Assembly (NCBI GenBank): GCA_965217095.1
Contig: OZ244235.1
Location: 5,268,609 to 5,332,608 of the forward strand
Length of the DNA: 64,000 nt
Direction of reading: 5' to 3'
From: Candidatus Latescibacterota bacterium
GTDB taxonomy: Bacteria > Latescibacterota > UBA2968 > UBA8231
Shown one piece after another: positions 60,037 to 64,000 of this stretch. The translations under genes and the position numbers were made by a program. How positions within the stretch are numbered: the first letter of the stretch is position 1; each line of letters begins with the position of its first letter. The notes beneath the pieces are model-generated. The model ran no database searches and had not been told where the DNA came from. It saw only the letters and a list, made by a program, of their open reading frames with translations.

Positions 60037-61050
60037 TCAAGCAGACGGCATCGAAACGGCTTCGTCTCGCCGTTGGTGCATGTTTTTCTCCATCGATTCA
60101 GGATAGCGATCGGGCAAGTGGGAGACGCGATTCAGCCGCTCCAACTGCTCTCCTTCGAGTTGGAACGAAGCCGCCGGGAGGTTGTTCACAAACTGATCCA
60201 GCGTGCGGGCCCCGACAATTATTGAAGTGATCGCCGGCTGCTCGAGGCACCAGCGCAACGCGATCTGGGCAGGCGAGCGACCTGTTTCCTGCGCCACATC
60301 GATGACGGCTTGCAGGGTCTCGTCGGCGTTGGCGGCGAAGTAGCTCTGCGGGAAAGCCCAGTCATCGGCTGACCGCGTTCCTGATAAAACCCGCTGGCCG
60401 GGCTGGTATTTCCCCGACAGGAATCCGCCTCCCAGCGGACTCCATACCACAACCCCGAGACCCTCCGTCTCGCAGATCGGGATCAGCTCCTGCTCGATGT
60501 CGCGCACCACCAGGTTGTATTGCGGTTGGTAGCAGTCGAAGCGGGCCCACCTGTGAAGGTCGCTGAGCCAGAGCGCTTTCATGAGACGCCAGCCCTGGTA
60601 GTTGCTGCAGCCGGTGTATCTTACCTTGCCCTGGCGCACGAGATCATCGAGGGCGCACAACATCTCCTCCATTGGCGTCTGCCGGTCGACATGGTGGATG
60701 TAATACAAATCCACGTAATCGGTGCCGAGGCGTTTCAGGCTCGCCTCCAACGCCTGCATGATGTGCAAGCGGGACGTGCCCGAGTCGTTGACTCCGCTCC
60801 CCATCGGATTAAAGAACTTGGTGGCGATGACGGTTCGGTCGCGATCGCCGGGGATCGCCTTGCCGAGCATTACCTCCGACTGGCCGCCGCCGTAGGAGTT
60901 GGCCGTGTCGAAGAAATTGATGCCGGCGTCCAGGGCTTGCGCGACCATCCTGTCGGCGGTGGCCTGATCGGTTCCGCTGCCGAAGGTCATGGAGCCGAAA
61001 CAGATCTCCGAGACCTTGATGCCCGTTCGTCCCATTCTGCGGTACTCCAT
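60037..61050 (-). CDS. aldo/keto reductase
   Basis: Start MEYRRMGRTGIKVSEICFG; the track ORF extends to 61383. Motifs FDTANSYG and TDYVDLYYIHHVD. Confidence 0.75.
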   Translation of the reverse strand: MEYRRMGRTGIKVSEICFGSMTFGSGTDQATADRMVAQALDAGINFFDTANSYGGGQSEVMLGKAIPGDRDRTVIATKFFNPMGSGVNDSGTSRLHIMQALEASLKRLGTDYVDLYYIHHVDRQTPMEEMLCALDDLVRQGKVRYTGCSNYQGWRLMKALWLSDLHRWARFDCYQPQYNLVVRDIEQELIPICETEGLGVVVWSPLGGGFLSGKYQPGQRVLSGTRSADDWAFPQSYFAANADETLQAVIDVAQETGRSPAQIALRWCLEQPAITSIIVGARTLDQFVNNLPAASFQLEGEQLERLNRVSHLPDRYPESMEKNMHQRRDEAVSMPSA

Positions 61051-61143
61051 GCACACAGCTCCCGTCTCGCAGTGCTTGATACCAGATATGTTGGGAGATA
61101 AGTTAAAATCGTTCAACAGGCGAAGAAAGGTGGGAGGATTTTT

Positions 61144-62070
61144 ATGAAGATTGCTGTGGTTGGCGCCGGCGCAATGGGTTCGATCTATGCAGGTCTGCTC
61201 GCCGATGCCGGAAACGAAGTCTGCGTGGTAGACAAATGGCAAGAGCACATCGACGCGATTCGCAAAAACGGGCTTCGAGTGGCCGGGGCGAGCGGCGACC
61301 GGGTGGTCAAGTTGCAGGCGACCACCGAAACCACCGATGTAGGTGAAGTAGATCTTCTGATCATCGCCACCAAAGCGATGCACGCCGAGGCAGCGGCGAC
61401 CAGCGCCCGTTCGCTGCTGACACCGGAGTCAACCGTGCTCACCATACAGAACGGCCTTGGAAGCGTCGAGAAGGTAGCTCAGGCTCTGGAGCTGGAGAGC
61501 GTTGTCACCGGCGTCGCCGGAGGGTTCGGAGCTTCGGTAGTCGGACCCGGACATGTGCACCACAACTCTATGCAGCTCATCCGTCTCGGTGAAGCGAATG
61601 GCCCGATTACCCCGCGTCTTAAACGGTTGACCGAAGTCTGGAGTGCCGCCGGTTTCAACGTGAAGGCGTTCGACGACATCGATCAGCTGGTCTGGGAAAA
61701 GTTGATCTGCAATGCCACCTACAGCGGTCCCTGCACGGTAATGGAACGGACCCTGGGAGAGGTTATCGCCGACGCCGAGGCTTGGAAGGTCGCATCCCGT
61801 TGCGCGGTTGAAGCGTTCGAAGTGGCCGGCGCGCTGTCCATCGCGTTGAGCTTCGGTGATCCAGTGCAGTACGTGCGGGACTTTGGGGCGCAGATGCCCG
61901 ACGCGGTGCCTTCGATGCTGCTCGACTATCGGGCCGGCAGGAGGTCGGAGATCGAGGTGATAAACGGGTCCATACCGCGGATGGCGTCGAGAGTCGATAT
62001 GAGGGCACCATACAACGAGGCGATCACCGCGCTCGTTCTGGCCAAGGAGAACGCCGCAGCCGGCGCCTAG
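61144..62070 (+). CDS. 2-dehydropantoate 2-reductase (ketopantoate reductase, ApbA/PanE family)
   Basis: MKIAVVGAGAMGSIYAGLL Rossmann motif and the ApbA C-terminal domain. Confidence 0.75.
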   Translation: MKIAVVGAGAMGSIYAGLLADAGNEVCVVDKWQEHIDAIRKNGLRVAGASGDRVVKLQATTETTDVGEVDLLIIATKAMHAEAAATSARSLLTPESTVLTIQNGLGSVEKVAQALELESVVTGVAGGFGASVVGPGHVHHNSMQLIRLGEANGPITPRLKRLTEVWSAAGFNVKAFDDIDQLVWEKLICNATYSGPCTVMERTLGEVIADAEAWKVASRCAVEAFEVAGALSIALSFGDPVQYVRDFGAQMPDAVPSMLLDYRAGRRSEIEVINGSIPRMASRVDMRAPYNEAITALVLAKENAAAGA

Positions 62071-62124
62071 TGCCGCTGTTTGAGCCCACTAGCGCGAGGG
62101 ACGACCGGCCGATCTTCTAGACGA

Positions 62125-63012
62125 TCACCGGGCGGGCGCGGAGTCTTCCCAGCGAAACGCGGGGTCGGTGACGCTGTACGGCCAACTGGAGCCGCCGTGG
62201 TGATGGAAGTCTCCTTCGCGGCCACATAACCACAGCAACAGTTCGGCTACGCGCGGTACGGACTGCCATCTGCGTGTCGAATCGGCGAAGTACTCGCTCT
62301 CGAAGGCAAATTCGGCGCGTGAAAAGTCGAAGCCTTCTTCCCGGATCCAGTCTCGCTGAGGCGGTACCGTCCTCCAACAATCCCATTTCAGCAGATTGCG
62401 TACGCCGTCCGCGCGTTTCCGCGGTTGGCGGTGCCAGACGGAGTAGGCCGTGAAGAAGACGGAACCGGCAGGGGATTCGGTCATCAGCTGTCCGGCAAGA
62501 TGGCCGAAATGTTCCAGCTCCTCGCGGGCGATGGGAACGAGGTGTGAGCCAGGTAGGAACAAGGTGGGTGCCATCTCCGGGTTCGCGTCTTTGGGGTAGT
62601 AGAAGATCTGCAGCAGTTTCAGGTTGCGCTCGAACTTCGAACCGGCGTCTACGTGCCACGGCCGCTCGGTCTTCGGTCCCTCCAACCGGTGATTGACCAG
62701 CCAATCGGGCAGCTGGAAACGTTCGCCAAGGAGGGAGCGGGTGACACCGGCTACGTCGGGGTGGAGCAGCACTTCGCGAACGAAACCTTCCTCTGCCAGT
62801 AGGTCGTTCTGGGCGGTCACCAGGGAGTCGCGATCGACCTCTTTGTCCACGAACTCGGCGACCCATTGATTGGTCGATTCCGGAATTACCGCCTCCAGCT
62901 TCAGTATTCCGGTTTTGCAGAACTCGAGGACCTCGCTGTCGTTGAGGGTTGGGGCGATACCTTCCTCTGCCAGTCGCACCGTCCTGTTTTCCGGCTTCAG
63001 CAGTTGGGGCAT
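62125..63012 (-). CDS. phytanoyl-CoA-dioxygenase (PhyH) family protein
   Basis: WHVDAGS and LFLPGSHL motifs. Confidence 0.65.
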   Translation of the reverse strand: MPQLLKPENRTVRLAEEGIAPTLNDSEVLEFCKTGILKLEAVIPESTNQWVAEFVDKEVDRDSLVTAQNDLLAEEGFVREVLLHPDVAGVTRSLLGERFQLPDWLVNHRLEGPKTERPWHVDAGSKFERNLKLLQIFYYPKDANPEMAPTLFLPGSHLVPIAREELEHFGHLAGQLMTESPAGSVFFTAYSVWHRQPRKRADGVRNLLKWDCWRTVPPQRDWIREEGFDFSRAEFAFESEYFADSTRRWQSVPRVAELLLWLCGREGDFHHHGGSSWPYSVTDPAFRWEDSAPAR

Positions 63013-63371
63013 GGCTCACCGAATCTTTCCAGAATAAATTCGCAGATGACGTGGTTGTCCTGCAAATGTTTTGCCGGAACCTCGGCGGGGAACCGTATCA
63101 CCCGCCACCCGTCGGTGATGGCTGCTGCCACGGTTTTATACGGCCAGCTCTCGTAGTCGGCGGGGCCGTCGTCGATCTTGCCCTCCCGCAGCATGGTCAT
63201 ACCGATCACCTTGGATTCCATGGATGTCGTTACGGTCTGCAGATAGAGCAGATCTTGAATGGGGTCGGACTGTCGCAGTCTGGCTTCGACGGCGCGCAGT
63301 TGGTCTTCGCTGAGATCACCTTTCCTGAAGGAGGCCAGGCACTCCTCCAGCAATTCGACGGCACTTGGCAT
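62997..63371 (-). CDS. hypothetical protein (124 aa), translationally coupled to the downstream PhyH gene
   Basis: 16-nt overlap with the PhyH gene. No family recognised. Confidence 0.4.
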   Translation of the reverse strand: MPSAVELLEECLASFRKGDLSEDQLRAVEARLRQSDPIQDLLYLQTVTTSMESKVIGMTMLREGKIDDGPADYESWPYKTVAAAITDGWRVIRFPAEVPAKHLQDNHVICEFILERFGEPCPNC

Positions 63372-63573
63372 GATCGGTCCTGGTGAGGAGAATCGGAACC
63401 CGAAAACGCTTCGGATGTCGGATTTAGCGGAGTATACCCCCTGGAGCGCCTACCTGCAAACGATATATACAGGGTATCCGATCCAAATGGGGACCGGCCG
63501 GAGTCGATGGTATGGAATTGGGCAAAAGCTGTTCTATATTGCTGTTCTGGGATCAAATCCAACGAGGTGAACT

Positions 63574-64000
63574 ATGAAGATCGCACTCTCAATACTGATG
63601 CTGGCGACGGCGATTGTCGGTCAGGCACGTGCCGAAGCGGAGATTGCTACATTCGCTGGCGGCTGTTTCTGGTGTACTGAAGCCTCTTTCGAAAAAGTAG
63701 AAGGGGTGAACGATGTTGTCTCGGGATATATGGGTGGCCCCGAGAAGAACCCAACCTACAAGCAGGTCTCCTCGGGTCGAACGGGGCACCTGGAGGTGGT
63801 TCAGGTGAGCTATGACCCGGAAGTCATCAGTTACGCCGGCATCCTACGCGCTTTCTGGATGATGTACGACCCCACCGACGCCGGCGGCTCTTTCTACGAC
63901 CGCGGTACCCAGTACACCTCGGCCATCTTTTATCACAGTGATTCGCAAAAAGGGTTGGCGGAGGTTTCCAAGCAGGAACTGGATGGATCCGGCCGCTTCT
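63574..64000 (+). CDS. msrA: peptide methionine sulfoxide reductase MsrA with signal peptide (3' end outside window)
   Basis: RBS GAGGTG. MKIALSILMLATAIVGQARA signal peptide, then the GGCFWC active-site motif. Not in the ORF track because it runs off the window. Confidence 0.8.
   Translation, partial: MKIALSILMLATAIVGQARAEAEIATFAGGCFWCTEASFEKVEGVNDVVSGYMGGPEKNPTYKQVSSGRTGHLEVVQVSYDPEVISYAGILRAFWMMYDPTDAGGSFYDRGTQYTSAIFYHSDSQKGLAEVSKQELDGSGRF

Noticed and set aside
1-64000. Search for CRISPR arrays, rRNA and tRNA genes
   Set aside because: No short direct-repeat/spacer arrays, no rRNA-like conserved stretches and no convincing tRNA cloverleaf were seen by eye.

Overview
This is a 64 kb, roughly 60 % GC bacterial chromosomal window, probably Gram-negative given the signal-peptide and lipoprotein genes. 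I found no rRNA, tRNA or CRISPR array.

Left part (1–10.1 kb):
- 3' end of an NmrA-like gene (1–651) and a thioredoxin-fold protein (692–1555).
- A MarR regulator flanked by small genes (DUF1918-like, an uncharacterised protein, an NrtS-like membrane protein). Three copies of a perfect 14-bp palindrome, GTTGTATATACAAC, sit in this 1.7 kb.
- A two-component system: a PAS/HisKA_2 sensor kinase, a REC-GAF response regulator and a FapA/DUF342-like β-solenoid protein. An IS1380-family element (5312–6946, CTAG target-site duplication) is inserted at codon 7 of the response-regulator gene.

Middle part (10.7–23.8 kb):
- Sugar-active genes: BNR sialidase-like, HpcH/HpaI aldolase, TauD-type dioxygenase, a GHL10-like TIM-barrel protein.
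- A NUDIX hydrolase.
- A candidate selenoprotein gene (16697–17434). Two same-frame ORFs are joined by a single TGA that is followed 7 nt downstream by a SECIS-like hairpin.
- A CPT-like P-loop kinase.
- A three-gene cluster on the minus strand: type III PKS, FAD-dependent oxidoreductase, methyltransferase (phenolic-lipid / alkylresorcinol type).
- A large polytopic membrane-protein gene broken by a frameshift and an in-frame TGA.

Right part (23.9–64 kb):
- Two paralogous ~990-aa secreted or outer-membrane proteins carrying Asp-rich, Ca-binding-like repeats. They bracket a tricorn-protease homologue.
- A 33–34-nt sequence is repeated at the 5' ends of one paralogue and of the tricorn region.
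- A carbohydrate / sugar-acid catabolic island in which most functions occur twice: enolase-superfamily dehydratases, xylose-isomerase-like TIM barrels, GH-like β-propellers and tyrosine phosphatases. The remaining genes are single copies.
- Gene remnants and frameshifts: an M20 fragment, a DUF1016 fragment, an SDR fragment, a PhyH fragment, a Gfo/Idh/MocA fragment, and frameshifts in an AKR, an EamA and a PhyH gene.
- The window ends inside a secreted MsrA gene.

The most interesting candidates are the UGA-recoded selenoprotein, the MarR palindrome triad, the outer-membrane-paralogue/tricorn module, and the unusually dense field of gene remnants.

Hand-derived coordinates (repeats, hairpins, fragment ends) may be off by ±1–2 nt against the ORF track; I found a 1-nt discrepancy near 39.2 kb.
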